Origin: Eledone cirrhosa
Taxonomy: Eukaryota
Direction: 5' to 3'
Length of the DNA stretch: 64,000 nt
NCBI GenBank assembly: GCA_964016885.1
Contig: OZ024752.1
Coordinates: 45,818,001-45,882,000, forward strand
In this document: positions 1 to 13,959 of the stretch, piece after piece
Position numbering within the stretch: the stretch's first letter is position 1
Layout: each line of letters starts with the position of its first letter
Program-made: the position numbers and the translations under genes
Notes under the pieces: generated by a model
What the model was told of the DNA's origin: nothing
What the model saw: only the letters and a program-made list of their open reading frames with translations
The model's database searches: none

Positions 1-398
1 CCTGTAAGGATGAAAGGCAAAGTTAATTAAATCGACCCAGTGCATTACTGGTATTTTATTGTATCGACTCCGTAAAGATGAAAGGCAAAGTTAACCTCTG
101 CGAGATTTGAACTTAATACGTAAAGGGCCATAACTCTATGCCCCGCATCTTGGTGTCCGACGCTCTACCGATTACTGCCAATCCACTGCCCTATAAATTA
201 ATATAGAATAATTGTTTCTACTTTTGGCACAAGGCCAGCAATTATCCCCCAGTGTATTACTGGTATTTTATTTTATCGACCCCGTAAGGATGAAAGGCAA
301 AGTTAACCTCGGCGGGGTTTGAACTCAGATCATAAAGGGCCGTAACTCTTTGCTGCAAAACATGGCGTCCGACCCTCTACTGGTACTACCAATCCACA
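1..398 (-). mobile_element. Two copies of tRNA-derived SINE family A
   Basis: Reverse complement reads TGGCAGTA..GGTAGAG (A-box-like), GAGTTCAAATCC (B-box), GCCTTTCATCCTTACGGGGTCGATAAAATAAA (Meta-SINE-like core) and GCTGGCCTTGTGCC..GTAGAAACAATT; the same sequence recurs more than 20 times in the window. Confidence 0.85.
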
Positions 399-488
399 AT
401 AATGATTTCTGGGGGACAGTGTATAAAATATATTGGGGATAAAAAAAGATAGATAGACAGATAGAGAGAGAAAGAGAGAGAAAGAGAG

Positions 489-612
<124 letters not shown>

Positions 613-953
613 GGAGAGAGAGAGAGAGATATTATATCCAATCAACACTAGTTATAAATCTATCGTATTACAGCTAGACATCGCAGTTGACAATCATAGA
701 TTACAACGACGTTTGTATATATGTGATTTCACACGCGCCCTTATATACACATGTATGCATATATTTGTTGTAGGAGACGGGTGAACTATTCTATTGGTGA
801 CCTCTATAATATCAAGTTGTCACTGATAACGAGGACGCTATGTTTGACCTTACTTATACAACATTTACCGGGTCTCACTGCTCGAAATGGTCGCAAGGTT
901 ACCTTCCAGCTGATATGTCTTTTCTGTTTTTATGAAATATAGTCTCGACATAT

Positions 954-1530
954 CTCTGAATATCTTCCCGTTCCGCGGTGGCAAACCCCAAGTCTTGGAT
1001 GCCACTTGCACCGACACTTTCTGCAGCCGCAACCTGGTGCAGTCTGCGACTAAGCCAGGTTCTGCTGCACGTTGGGCTGAGGAGGCCACACTCTTCAAAT
1101 ACCTGTCACTTTCAGACAGGTTCGCGGTTGTGCCCTTGGCAGTGGAGACTTCTGGTGTCCTTGGCCCTAGGACTACCTCCCTACTCACCACCATAGGCGC
1201 TGAGCTGGCCAGCCCTAGCAGTGGAGACTTCTGGTGTCCTTGGCCCTAGGACTACCTCCCTACTCACCACCATAGGCGCTGAGCCGGCCAGCCGCAGGTA
1301 TGAGCCTCGCGAGTTGGAGTGGCTTTTCCAGCGGGTCTCCCTTGCCGTCCTCCGGGGAAACACCTTCTCCATTCTGTCTGTCGGAGCTGTGGGGGAGACA
1401 AGACGATCATATTACGAATTCTGTTAAATAGTCCTATATATTGTTATATATCTATGTGGTGGTTATATGTATGTATGTAGATTATACACATATATACACA
1501 CCCTAACTCTAAAGAACTCTAAGCAACAAG
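954..1530 (+). mobile_element. 5'-truncated CRE-like non-LTR retrotransposon (restriction-like endonuclease C-terminus), frameshifted
   Basis: Peptide PFRGGKPQVLDATCTDTF..AARWAEE..KY..VPLAVETSGVLG..EPRELEWLFQRVSLAVLRGN resembles the RLE domain of CRE-clade elements; 13-bp direct repeat AGTCTCGACATAT at 941-953 and 1531-1543 is a TSD. Confidence 0.75.
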
Positions 1531-1782
1531 AGTCTCGACATATATATAGTTACTGTTTGATAAGATAAACCTCCTGCTGTTTATTGAACTGTGACTCCTG
1601 GACAATAGCTGGGTGTGGTTCTTAGCTGGTGTTTTGTTTTATTAGTAACATTAGAACTGTCACCTTTATCTGTTTATCACTCGAGGTTTGCGCGAATCGA
1701 GGAGAATTTTTATTGACGCGTGATTATCAGTTTACATCAAGTATTTTGCTCATTTGTAAGAAACACGTGTTCTGTTTACTGT

Positions 1783-2200
1783 AATTGTTTCTACTTTTGG
1801 CACAAGGCCAGCAATTATCCCAGTGTATTACTGGTACTTTATTTTATCGACCTCGAAAGGATGAAATGCAAAGTTGACCTCGGCGGGATTTGAACTCAGA
1901 TAGCAGAGAACCAGAACGAATGCCATAAAGTATTCTATCTGACGTTCTAACCTCTCTGCCAATATAATAATAATAATAATGAAATTATTGTGTACAGTGC
2001 TCAGGTGCACTACAACTCATCAAAGGTGCATGTATAGTACATAGAATAATTGTTTCTACTTTTGGCACAAGGCCAGCAATTATCTCAGTGTATTACTGGT
2101 ACTTTATTGTATCGACCCCGTAAGGATGAAAGGGATTTGAACGCAGAATGGAGAAGGCCGTAACTCTATCCGTCAAAGCATGGTGTCCAACCCTTTACCG
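1783..2200 (-). mobile_element. Two SINE A copies with an intervening CR1/L2 3' UTR fragment (1965-2050)
   Basis: SINE A motifs; 1965-2050 is near-identical to about 23520-23605 including the (TAA)n tail. Confidence 0.75.
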
Positions 2201-2449
2201 TGAAAATACAATAGTATATATAGAGTAATGTAAATGGTAAAGGGTTAATTCTCAAGTAAACTGTTAATTACGCTGCAGTTGTAAAAGACTACCAAAATCC
2301 TATTTGATATCAATTATGAAATAGACAGGTATTTCCACCTGGTTCCCGTATCTTGTCGATGATGCATAATGAATATAATGTTTCAATTTACCTGAACAGG
2401 TAACATATGGTTTCCTTATTCATCAATCAACAATTATAGTTGATTGCAT

Positions 2450-2537
2450 CATGTGTGTGTGAGTGGTGTGAGCGTGTGTGTGAGTGGTGTGAGCGTGTGT
2501 GTGCATGTGATGTGTGACTGTGTGTGTGAGTGCATGT

Positions 2538-2578
<41 letters not shown>

Positions 2579-2885
2579 TGTGTGTGTGATTGCGTGAGTG
2601 CATGTGTGTATGTGTGTGTGAGTGTGTGTGTGATTGCGTGAGTGCATATGTGTATATGTGTGTGTGTGTGTAATTACGTGAGTGCATGTGTGGTGTGAGT
2701 GTGTGTGTGTGATTGCGTGAGTGCATGTGTGTGTGTGTGTGCGATTGCGTCAGTGCATGTGTGTGTGTGTGTGTGTGTGTGCATGTGTGTATGTAAGTGT
2801 GAGTGCATGTGTGTGTGTGTGTGATTGCGTGAGTGCATGTGTGTATGTGTGTGTGAGTGAGTGAGATATAGAGTGTGTGTGTATG
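2450..2885. repeat. Compound (TG)n minisatellite
   Basis: Recurrent GATTGCGTGAGTGCATGTGTG units within (TG)n. Confidence 0.85.
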
Positions 2886-3415
2886 AGAAAGAGATATAGA
2901 GGAAGAATCGACCCAGTACGTGACTGGTACTTTTTTTATCGACCTTTGAAATGGGACGAATAGCAAAGTTGACCCTCGGGGAAAACTGTGCACCTTTTGG
3001 TATACTTTGGTATTCCTGAGGTCAAACCACGCCGAGGTCAAATCAACGTTGCTTATCAACTTGCCGGGGTTGATAAAATAAAATACCTGTTAAATACTGG
3101 GGTCGATATAATCTGCACCACCTACCCCACCCCACCCTCACACAGACTCACACTTCAAATGTGTTGGCCTTTTGTTATTGCAGCAGTTGTTGTTGTTGTT
3201 ATGTTGTAACGGCTGCAGTAGTTATTGCAACAGCTGCTGCTGCTGCTGCTGTTGTTGCTGTTGCTGTTGTTGTAGCAGTCGTGCCAGAGCTGAGTAAGAA
3301 CGCTTCTAACACTAACCGACCATTTTTTTTTTTTTTCTGTTTTCTTTCGTGTTCTCTCTCTAAGCCTGCCATACGGAGTGGCTTTAGTGATATCTGTTAC
3401 TGTGAAGGAGGACAG

Positions 3416-3513
<98 letters not shown>

Positions 3514-3978
3514 AGATAGGGGGAGGGATATTGATCGTAGTCGGCTGTAACTATAGCAACCAGAACAAGAGAAAAACATCTTAAAAGGGGGAAAAAACAG
3601 CTGACTGTCTAAATAAACTACTCTGGCAGCCGCTTATTGTGATCTCAGGTAATGTTATCGAACGCTTGTACTTATCAATGTTATTGAATCCCAGTCGTGC
3701 TCAAGATATTATATTATCTGCTTAATGTTATCAGCCGATTATTGTTATCTAGAAAGGTTTACGTCCGAAAGTGATGCCAAGTTTCAATAAAAATTTAGTT
3801 GGATATCTAACGGTGAAATGTTGTAACATTCAGAACAAAACAATCACATTGTATTTGCTTTTCTCGTCAGAGAATATCAGAACCACGACTATTTACCTAA
3901 ACAATTTCATATTTTGCCTCGCTAACAATATATCTCACAAGGGCCTTAGTAATTAAATTGCACAATTAGGCAAGCATA

Positions 3979-4160
3979 TAATTGTTTCTACTTTTGACAC
4001 AAGGCCAGCAATTATCCCAGTGCATTACTGGTACTTTATTTTATCGATCCCGTAAGGATGAAAGGCAAAGTTAACCTCGGCGGGATTTGAACTCAGAATG
4101 GCAAGAGCCGTAACTCTATGCTGCAAGGCATGGCGTCCGACCCTCTCCTGATATTGCCAA
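3979..4160 (-). mobile_element. SINE family A
   Basis: Near full-length match to the other copies. Confidence 0.85.
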
Positions 4161-5689
4161 ATATCGAATGAATAGAAGTAAATATACACACACACGTACA
4201 CCAGAATACAGAGGAGCTGAACTCTCTCTCTCACTGCCATCGCCTCCGTCTCTCTCGCCCCCCCGCATCTCTCACTGCTATAAGTCAATGGGGTCCCACG
4301 CGCTGGACGCCCCATGGCCCCGGCGGACAGAATAGAGAAGCCGTTTCCGCGGAGGATGGTGAGGGAGATGCGCTGGCGTGGTAGTTAGATACTAACCAAA
4401 CCCCACCTTAAATTCCATTCTATTGCCAACAACGTTGAACCAGCAACACAGAGCCGGCAACACAGCCAACAACGTGGAGCCGGCAATGTGGAGCCAGCAA
4501 CACAGAGCCAGGAATACAGAGCCAGCAGCATGGAGCCAACATAGTCAAAATAACCAAGGATGACGTGATATCTATTACAGGTTCTAGGGTAACAAATTGT
4601 TTGGGGAGCTTAAAGGTAGATATATTGAAATTTCTCGCTTGCGAAAAAGATTCTTTAATCTGGAGATTGGAGAAAATGAAAGGAAATATTCAGCATTGTT
4701 GTTGTTATTGTTGTTGTTGTTGCTGCTGATATTGTTTTGGCAACAGGAGAAGCTGATAATAGGTTCTTATCTGTTTTTAAGGCTTATTTTGAAAATATCG
4801 TTTGCCCTCTTGCAATCGGATTGATGACGCTAAAATATTGGAACTATAACAAGACCCGACGGCCTCACTCTTCTTATCTCACTTACGTCTAACACTGTTG
4901 AAATATTTCAGGGAAATCTTGTTAAACAGCGTTGTTAGGGATGAGGGGGGAAGGGGGTAGTAGAAAAATAGGGAGATAATAGTATATGTATCCTTCTTCT
5001 TCTTATTATTATTATTATTATTATTCCTCTTCTTCTTCTTCTTCTTCTGCTTATTCTTCTTCTGCTTCTACTTCTTCTTCACCTTCTTCTCCCCCCCCCC
5101 TTCCCCATCCTTGGAGAGAGAGAGAGAGAGAGAGAGGATTGGGTCAAGTCATGTGATAATCATCAAATGTACCCGACTATATTTTCTTCTTTATATAGGC
5201 GAGTACCATAGAAAAATATATCATAGAAGGGCAGTCAGTATTTCTTTCATTTTTTTTTTTTCATTTTCAGTACAAAGAAAGTAAGAAATCACATATTGAT
5301 ATCCAGTTGCAATACTTTCCCTTAAAATACTTTCCTAATGCTTCTATAAATCTCACACACAATTCTCTTTCTACCTTATACATCCCATTTATTGTTTGCT
5401 TTTTGTCTCTCTCTAAGAAATCAATAATATTCTCATTAGAGAAAGGAGTTTTACAGCTGAATACCTTTCTTTATAATCAACATGTAGGAGAGAAGAAAAG
5501 TGCCGCAAGTATTTGAAATTAAGATTTTATGCTCAACACAAAATACACTGTTCTACTTACTTTAATACCGACACATTTGAAGTTCCGCGCTCTTCTCTCT
5601 ACTTATATGGACATCTGTCTCTCCAACTAACTATGTATCTATCTACCCCCCCCCCCTCTCTCTCTAGAGAGAGGGGGGGAGAGGGTTAG

Positions 5690-5881
5690 ATATATATATA
5701 TATATATATTAATATATATATATATATGTATGTATATATATACATACATATATATATATATATGTATGTATATATATATATGTATATATATATGTGTGTA
5801 TATATATATATATATGTATATATATGTGTGTATATATATACATACATATATATATATATATATACCTACATATATATTATA

Positions 5882-5964
<83 letters not shown>

Positions 5965-5990
5965 GTATATATATATATATATATATTATA

Positions 5991-6041
<51 letters not shown>

Positions 6042-6089
6042 ACATATATATAATATATATATATGTATATGTATGCATATATATATATA

Positions 6090-6120
<31 letters not shown>

Positions 6121-6195
6121 TTACATATATATAATATATATATATGTATATGTATGCATATATATATATATCTATATATATATATATATATATAC
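5690..6195. repeat. (TA)n-rich microsatellite block, one of many (also 8575-8850, 9120-9645, 15735-16440, 22555-23170, 48460-48880)
   Basis: Direct inspection. Confidence 0.95.
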
Positions 6196-6391
6196 AAATG
6201 TGAGGTATTAAAACATCAAATATGTTTGATTTTTGTGCTTCTCAATAAAAAATCTCAATAGACTTTGTCCAAAGCTAAAATAATTCAAAATAAAATATCT
6301 GCTTTAAATATATACATTATATTGTGTATTCTCTTGGATATATGGTCCTCTCTCTCTCTCTCTATATATATATACACATAACTTTTAATTT

Positions 6392-6461
<70 letters not shown>

Positions 6462-6562
6462 TACATATCTTTTAATTTTGAATATATATAGATATATATA
6501 TACAAAATTAAAAGATATATATCTATCTATCTATCTATACATTCTATATATATATATATATA

Positions 6563-6810
6563 GTTGTGACAGCTCACACCTGTGCATGTTTAGCTGGCCT
6601 CCCCCAAGGTATATCTCGTTGGAGGTGTCTTGGATGATTTAATGATAGGGACCCCAGTCCCTATCATCTCATTTCTACATCTGAGTAAACTGGAGCAATG
6701 TGAAATAAAGTGTCTTGCTCAAGGAAACAACACATCACCCGGTCCGAGAATTGAACTCACAACCTTTCGATTGCAAGCCCAATGCTCTAACCACTAAGCC
6801 ATGGACCTCC
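6563..6810 (-). mobile_element. tRNA-derived SINE family B
   Basis: Reverse complement has TGGCTTAGTGGTTAGAG, GAGTTCAATTC and TTGAGCAAGACACTTTATTTCACATTGCTCCAGT; related copies at 11107-11397, 38225-38355, 54780-54915 and 55445-55575. Confidence 0.75.
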
Positions 6811-7589
6811 ATATATATATTTATATATAGACAGTTACATAGATTGATAGATAGAGACGGAAGTCAACCTGTATTTATTATCTGCCCCAAAATCTTGATC
6901 GTTGGTAACGGTCTGAGGGCAAAACCTTAATGTACCAATAAAGGTATCAATATCTCTAAAATATACATATCAAAACTATCCAAAATGTCAAAACTATCAA
7001 GCAGGTTGAAATTTCAACATATTATTATCAGTACTATATATTTATAACGCCATTTCGTCATTTCTCTTGTTTGGTTTGCTCTCCAACGTCGCTGATATAA
7101 ATCTTTTTGATGATTCATCGAGAGTTCTTGTAATAGCTACACCGTTGATGCTATCAGTAGTTTTGGCGCCATACACTCCATTTTATACTAATTATTGAAA
7201 TTGCGTTGACACTCTACATCTTCTGATTTTATGCTTGCCTGCTTCTGTGTTACTGATAACATCTTTCTTTCCGCCTGTTGTTATAAATATTTATTTATTT
7301 ATCTTTATCTCACTATCTACGGTTATAAGAAAGGTGATAAGTTTCTGAGTCTGAGTTTATGACTTCTGGGTTCTGTTCATTTCTCAATCAACTATAGCGA
7401 ATATACAAAACTTGTGGATGTCGCTATTTTGTTAATCCTACATCAAACGATGTCGGTATTGATATAGAACAGTGAACACGAGTCGTTTTATTGAATCTCT
7501 ACAGGAAACGTCAATATTTTGCAATGTATATAAATCATCATGCGAAACAAAACTGTTCAACATAAAGACTAAACAATAATTGAAACGGG

Positions 7590-7765
7590 TGTGGGTTGGC
7601 AGTATCGGTAGAGGGTCGGACGTCATGCTTTCCAGCATAGTTACGTCCCTTTACGATCTGAGTTCAAATCCCGCCGAGGTTGACTTTGCCTTTCATCCTT
7701 ACGGGGTTGATAAAATAAAGTGAACTGGGTAATTGCTGGCCTTGTGCCTAAAGTAGAAATAAATA
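7590..7765 (+). mobile_element. SINE family A
   Basis: Motif match; ATAATTGAAACGGGTGT is repeated on both sides (probable TSD). Confidence 0.85.
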
Positions 7766-8229
7766 ATTGAAACGGGTGTAAAAAAAAAAACTCTGTATAA
7801 GTTGATCACTGATTAAGTGAGTGGAGGATATTTATTTAGGGGTTTTGGGTACACATTGTGAGAAGTTTGAGGTACCTGTCTAAAATATTTAAAGAGTTGC
7901 TGTGTACAAAACGTAAACGGTAGCTAGTTTATCTAGAACTGCAGTGAGTTTTTCTTTTTTTATATATATAATCTCGTTAAAATAATACCTGAAGAACTGG
8001 AAAGCAAACAAAGCGTCTCCTAGAAGATGACTAGAGACGATGTAATTGTAAATAGCTTCAGTATTATGTAAACAAGAAATATATGTTATTAGGTTGATGG
8101 TGAGTTTCACTTAGAAAAACATATCTGGGCTAGGTAAATCTTGTTACAGTAATTTCTTTATATTTCATAATTATCTTTACACTGGATGGGTGTGGTACGT
8201 TCTAGAAAACATTGCAAGAAATGTGTAAC

Positions 8230-8575
8230 ATCACCACCACCACCACCACCGCCGCCGCCACTACCAGCACCAACATCACCAACACCACCACCACTACTAC
8301 CAGCACCACCACCAACATCACCAAGACCAACACCACCAACATCACCACCACCACCACTACTACCAGCACCAACAATATCACCACCACCATCACCACTACC
8401 AACATCACCACCACCAACACCACCACCATTACTATCTCCGCCAACATCAACCCCCAACCCCAACCCCAACCACGAGCACCAGCATTATCACCACGACAAT
8501 CACAACAACCACCACCATCATCGCAACCAATATCACCTCCGCCGCCACCACCATCCCCCCCCGCCGCCACCACCA
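8230..8575. repeat. (CAC/CCA)n low-complexity repeat
   Basis: Trinucleotide repeat that generates the poly-Pro/Thr pseudo-ORFs. Confidence 0.9.
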
Positions 8576-8619
8576 TATGTATATATATATATATGTATAT
8601 ATATATGTATATATATATG

Positions 8620-8652
<33 letters not shown>

Positions 8653-8665
8653 GTATATATATATG

Positions 8666-8697
<32 letters not shown>

Positions 8698-8756
8698 TAT
8701 ATATACATATGTATATATATATATATATATACACATATATATATATACATATATAC

Positions 8757-8787
<31 letters not shown>

Positions 8788-8933
8788 CATATATATATGT
8801 ATATATATATATATATATATACATATATATATGTATATATATATATATATACTTAGAACTATATTATTGTTATATGTTGTTGGGTGGTTCATAACTATAA
8901 TGATAAAAGCTGACTGATTACGTGAGTGAATAG

Positions 8934-8986
<53 letters not shown>

Positions 8987-9116
8987 GTGTGTGTGTGTGT
9001 GTCTACTAGGGCCAGTTTAAAAGTGCCTCTTCCAATATAGAGCTGGAGTGGTGGCCATAACTGGACATCGAAATCAATAGTCGCACATTCATGTTAAGTG
9101 TATGAAAATTTGTTTA

Positions 9117-9405
<289 letters not shown>

Positions 9406-9420
9406 TATATATATATATAT

Positions 9421-9593
<173 letters not shown>

Positions 9594-10060
9594 CACACAC
9601 ACACATATATATATACACACACATATATATATATATATATATATCTGTACACCAACATATAACACAAGGTGGTGTGGAGTTTTGCCGTGTTTACAATCAG
9701 TGATTGGGTTGTTACCTATATTCCTACTTATCAGAACTAGGTTATCACAAGTACAGCGAGATAAGAGACGAGAACTGTGTAATAACAATACCTTGCCTTA
9801 CTTTTTACCTTTGCTTACCTTTTCTTTTCTAATATCAAGTTCGATATCCGTCGGTTTCTCAACCAACTAATAACATGATACTTTTAGTTTATATATATAT
9901 ATATATATATATAAGGGTTAAAATACTGGAGCATGTTGGATTTAAACACCCTCTTCGTATTATAGAAATGACAGTAAAAGGTATAGCTCAATGTAGTTAA
10001 ACAGAGCCGAAGAATTAAGAAAGTAAAACAAAGAAGCCTTCAATACATCAAAAGTCTTTA

Positions 10061-10105
10061 TTAGCCGACAATGTTTCGTCCTATTAAGGACTCATCAGGG
10101 CAATT
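10061..10105 (-). ncRNA. Type I minimal hammerhead ribozyme (Penelope-like pLTR)
   Basis: Reverse complement: attGCC-CTGATGA-GTCC ttaata GGAC-GAAA-C att G-TC/GGC t aat, then AATAAA; the tail runs into (TA)n at about 9912. Confidence 0.85.
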
Positions 10106-10293
10106 AAAACCACAAGAAGTACTATCGGCCAATACAAGCCGGAAACTCCGAAGAATATGGAGTGTACATACACTAAAGTATTGCAAGATTATGGGTAAAA
10201 ATATATAATAAAAATAATAAAAATATATAATAAAAATTACTAAGGAGGTGTATAACATTAAGAACCATATTACAAATATAGTCCAAAGCAAAT

Positions 10294-10378
<85 letters not shown>

Positions 10379-10521
10379 ACCAAATATTAGTATGATTCGT
10401 TGATTACTCAACGAATACAATATTACAATAGATTAGAAGCACTCAACAAAGGATTTTCCTGGAGTTTTTAATATTATTCAAAATGTTAACAAATGAAATA
10501 TATTCTCATAATCAAAATATA

Positions 10522-10584
10522 TATTATGTTATACATATTTCAAAGGTAGTATGGTGTTTAAGTACGTTCTCATCAGACAAAATA
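10522..10584 (-). ncRNA. Type I hammerhead ribozyme with weak stem II; same family as the 20.8 kb element
   Basis: Reverse complement: TATTTTGT-CTGATGA-gaa..ttt-GAAA-TATGTA-TA/ACATAATA; the downstream tail shares ACTCCA..TTTGTYGAGTGCTT with 21088-21111. Confidence 0.6.
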
Positions 10585-10792
10585 TATGATTTGATATGTA
10601 ATCATATAGTTTGATATGTAATCATATATTTTGATATGTAATCATACTACAACAGAAGTCCGACGAGTTTTTGGTTCCAGAGTCAGGCCAGATCGATACA
10701 CATCGAACCTTGAGCTGATTAATAGCGAAACGTGCGTCACTACTCAATAAACGTAATCGTCGTTGGAGAATCAGACACCATTCCACCATGCC

Positions 10793-10950
10793 ACCATGCT
10801 TTTCAGCATAGAGTTATGGCCCTTTACGTTCTGAGTTCAAATCTCAACGCGGTTAACTTTGCCTTTCATCCTTACGGGGTCGATAAAATAAAGTACCAGT
10901 AATACACTGTGGGTAATTGCAGGCCTTGTGCCTAAAGTAGAAACAATTAT
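10793..10950 (+). mobile_element. SINE family A (5'-truncated)
   Basis: Motif match. Confidence 0.8.
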
Positions 10951-10960
10951 TATATATATA

Positions 10961-11030
10961 TAATTTAATATAGAAATAAATTCTACAGGACTAGAACTGT
11001 TTCATTCGAAGGAAATCATCAGGAAAGCTT
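10961..11030 (-). mobile_element. (TA)n-tailed element with a hammerhead-like core but no recognisable stem I; second copy at 45331-45396 (+)
   Basis: TTTC-CTGATGA-TTTC..AAT-GAAA-CAGTTCTAGTC is shared by both loci, and both end in (TA)n. Confidence 0.5.
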
Positions 11031-11106
11031 TCTTAGGGGATATTGCTTACAATCTGATCATAATATAGGTTACTTAACCTAGATATTTACCTATTTGATA
11101 AGGTGT

Positions 11107-11397
11107 GTGACTTAATGGATGTTTGTGAGTTCGATTCCCGGAGGCGCGTTTTACCCTTGAGCCAAATACTTTCTTTCAGGTCGTTTCAGTACATTCAGTT
11201 ATTAAAGAAATGAGTTGTACCTGTTATTCAACCGGCCAACCTTGTCCCAAGCTATCACACTGAATCTTTTGGGGAATTACGTTAAAGATACACGTGTTAG
11301 TGGAATAGTCACTAACTTGCATGTTAATTTCGTGAGTAGGCTGTAGCATTGTTCTAACTGGAACACACTCGTCGTCGCAACCGACGGAGGGCCATCA
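11107..11397 (+). mobile_element. SINE family B
   Basis: GAGTTCGATTCC B-box, CCCTTGAGC..ACTT core, 3' GTCGTCGCAACCGACGGAG. Confidence 0.7.
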
Positions 11398-11519
11398 CAA
11401 CTTGAATATAGTTTAACTTCAGTTTACGGAGGTCTCCTGCTGATTAAAATCTACAAGGATTTTATAGATTAAAGTGGATTTTTTAATGAATAAATGAAGA
11501 CCTTTAAATTATATATCAA

Positions 11520-11680
11520 CAAAGGTTAGACATTGATATCTGTCTTGAAAGACCTCAAGCTATAACAAACCCAAATATTTCTAATTAGAAAATTGCTTCA
11601 ATAAACATCTTATCTTTTATTTAAGATTCACCCAGAAGCAATCTTTCGTGGTCATTTCCAACTCAATGAATATAGCATCA
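11520..11680 (+). pseudogene. Possible decayed Penelope-like reverse transcriptase fragment
   Basis: Frameshifted peptides LDIDI (11526-11540), TSSYNKP (11552-11572) and HPEAIFRG (from 11629) occur in the order of the PLE RT motifs FLDxxI..TxxYxKPT..SxHP. Confidence 0.35.
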
Positions 11681-12081
11681 ATGTAAAATTGTCAAACCTT
11701 TTCCTTCTATATAAGAATATTTTTCTAACCATCTCATAATACAGAAAACAAACCTGATTAAATGTGGCGTTGTGTCGTTAAGCAAGAACTTCATTATACA
11801 TTCCTCCAGTTCATTCAAACTGTGTTTAACTTTACAACGAACTGGCTCACCACATCCTAGGGAGAGTCTTATACTTCCAGTTACTTAACACTACAGAAAA
11901 CCTGGATAAGACCCGACTTACGTTCAATTCGTGATAGCATGGGAAAACGGACGTTAATCCGATTTTAAATAACCTATAGGTAACTGAAATGTTTAAAATT
12001 GTCTGCTGACCAACTAAGAAATTTATCTTTTTATTCTATTTTTCTTATTTAACTTATCATCGTCATTATCATCATTATTAT

Positions 12082-12265
12082 TATTGGCAGTATCAGTAGA
12101 AGGTCGGACGCCATGCTTTCCAACATAGAGTTACATCCCTTTACGGTCTGAGTACAAATCCCGCCGAGGTTAACTTTGCCTTTCATCCTTACGGGGTTGA
12201 TAAAATAAAGTACCAGTAATACACTGGGATAATTGCTGGCCTTGTGCCAAACGTAGAAATAATTA
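12082..12265 (+). mobile_element. SINE family A
   Basis: Full motif set. Confidence 0.85.
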
Positions 12266-12324
12266 TTTCTACTTTCGCTGTGCAAGGTTCACAATCATTG
12301 GGTGTCGGATTCGATCTTACTTTG

Positions 12325-12580
12325 TGGTATTTTGGGTAAATATCATATACCTTACCCTTGGGTTGATCTTGGGAAAATATCGTTTACCATACTCCCCCAT
12401 CCCCCGGGTTGATCCTGGGTAAGTATCATTTAACATAACCCACCCTCTCGGTTGATCTTGGGCAATTATTGTATACCTTACCCTCGAGTTGATCCTGGGC
12501 ATGTATCATTTACCACACACCACTCTCGGGTTGATCTTGGGTAAATGTCATTTACCTCCACGCCCCGGTTGATCTTGCAA
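12325..12580. repeat. Degenerate ~40-bp minisatellite
   Basis: About 6 units of GTTGATCYTGGG..TATCATTTACC.. Confidence 0.7.
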
Positions 12581-13340
12581 CGTGGCCTTCTTATAGAACG
12601 GCTGTAGTATTGGAATGGAAGAGGATTTGGCTGCTATTGAATAAACACGTGACATCCGCTGTGGTTTGAGTGAATTGGGAAGATATTCTCTCGTTTATAT
12701 TTCCAGTACAGCAGCAGATGTAGCGGCCGTAACAGCAGCAGCAGCAACAGCAACAGCAGCAGCAGCAACAGCAACAGCAGTATTAGTAGCAGCAGCAATA
12801 GTAGCAACAGTAGCAGTAGCAACAGTAGTAGCAGTAGTAGTAGTAGTTATTTCTTAGTGCTTCTATCACAACCATCCCCACCTCCATCCCTACCACGCCA
12901 TTACAACCATGACCACCACTAATATCACAGCCAACCACCACCACCACCACCACAGCCACCAGTATCATCCCCACCATCACCACACCCACCAGTGATACCC
13001 CCCCCGACACCACCACTTCCAGTATCCCCCCTCCCCCCACACACACCAATGATACCCCTCTCCTCTTCCCCCACCCCCATCCCACCCACACCAGAACCAA
13101 TCTATCAATAAATGAACAGTTAACACCCAAGGAAATATTTAGTGCATTCGCATGAAATCATGCACATATATTAATTGCAATCTTGGCACAGTCGCCCCCC
13201 CCTCTCTCTCTCACTCTCCCCCTCTCCCTCTCCCCCCTCTCCCTCTCTTTCGCTCTCTCTCCTCTCTCTCGAACTCTCCATCAATCTATCTATCTCTCTA
13301 TCTATATATCTCGAACGCTCTATCTATCTATCTTTCTATC

Positions 13341-13451
<111 letters not shown>

Positions 13452-13959
13452 ACAACACAAACATTTATGCACGCTGTATCGGACATAAACATTCCTACAT
13501 TTCTACAGACATATATACATACGTACATGCTGTTGTTGTTGTTGTCGTCGTTGTTTAGCTCAATTCAACCACCCATTTCTTAATTGAGCAGATCTGTTAT
13601 ATTTTAACGAAGATTTTTGAACTGCACAAATCTTTGGCAGATGACATGACTCAGTGTTTGCTAATCTCTGAGTCTGACAACCATCTGTAAGGTGATAGTG
13701 CTATTTTAAAGATCTTATAAGTCCATCATTTACCATGCAAATCCAGTCGAGGTTAACTTTGCCTTTCATCCTTACGGGGTCGATAAAATAAAATACCAGT
13801 AATACGCTGGGGTAATTGCTGGCCTTGTGCCAAACGTAGAAACAATTATTTACCATGCAAGCACCACATGTAATATTTGGCACAAAATATAAACTTACTA
13901 TACGAAATTAGATTTAGAACTACAAGTGCTAGGCTCAACTACACGTTAAAATAATCACT

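Noticed and set aside
4215-4545. GC-rich patch plus short GAGCCAGCAACACA repeats as a promoter or LTR
   Set aside because: No diagnostic termini, partner LTR or linked gene visible
7990-8020. CTGAAGA..GAAA motif (similar cases at about 28891 and 57345)
   Set aside because: No supporting helices; expected by chance in AT-rich DNA
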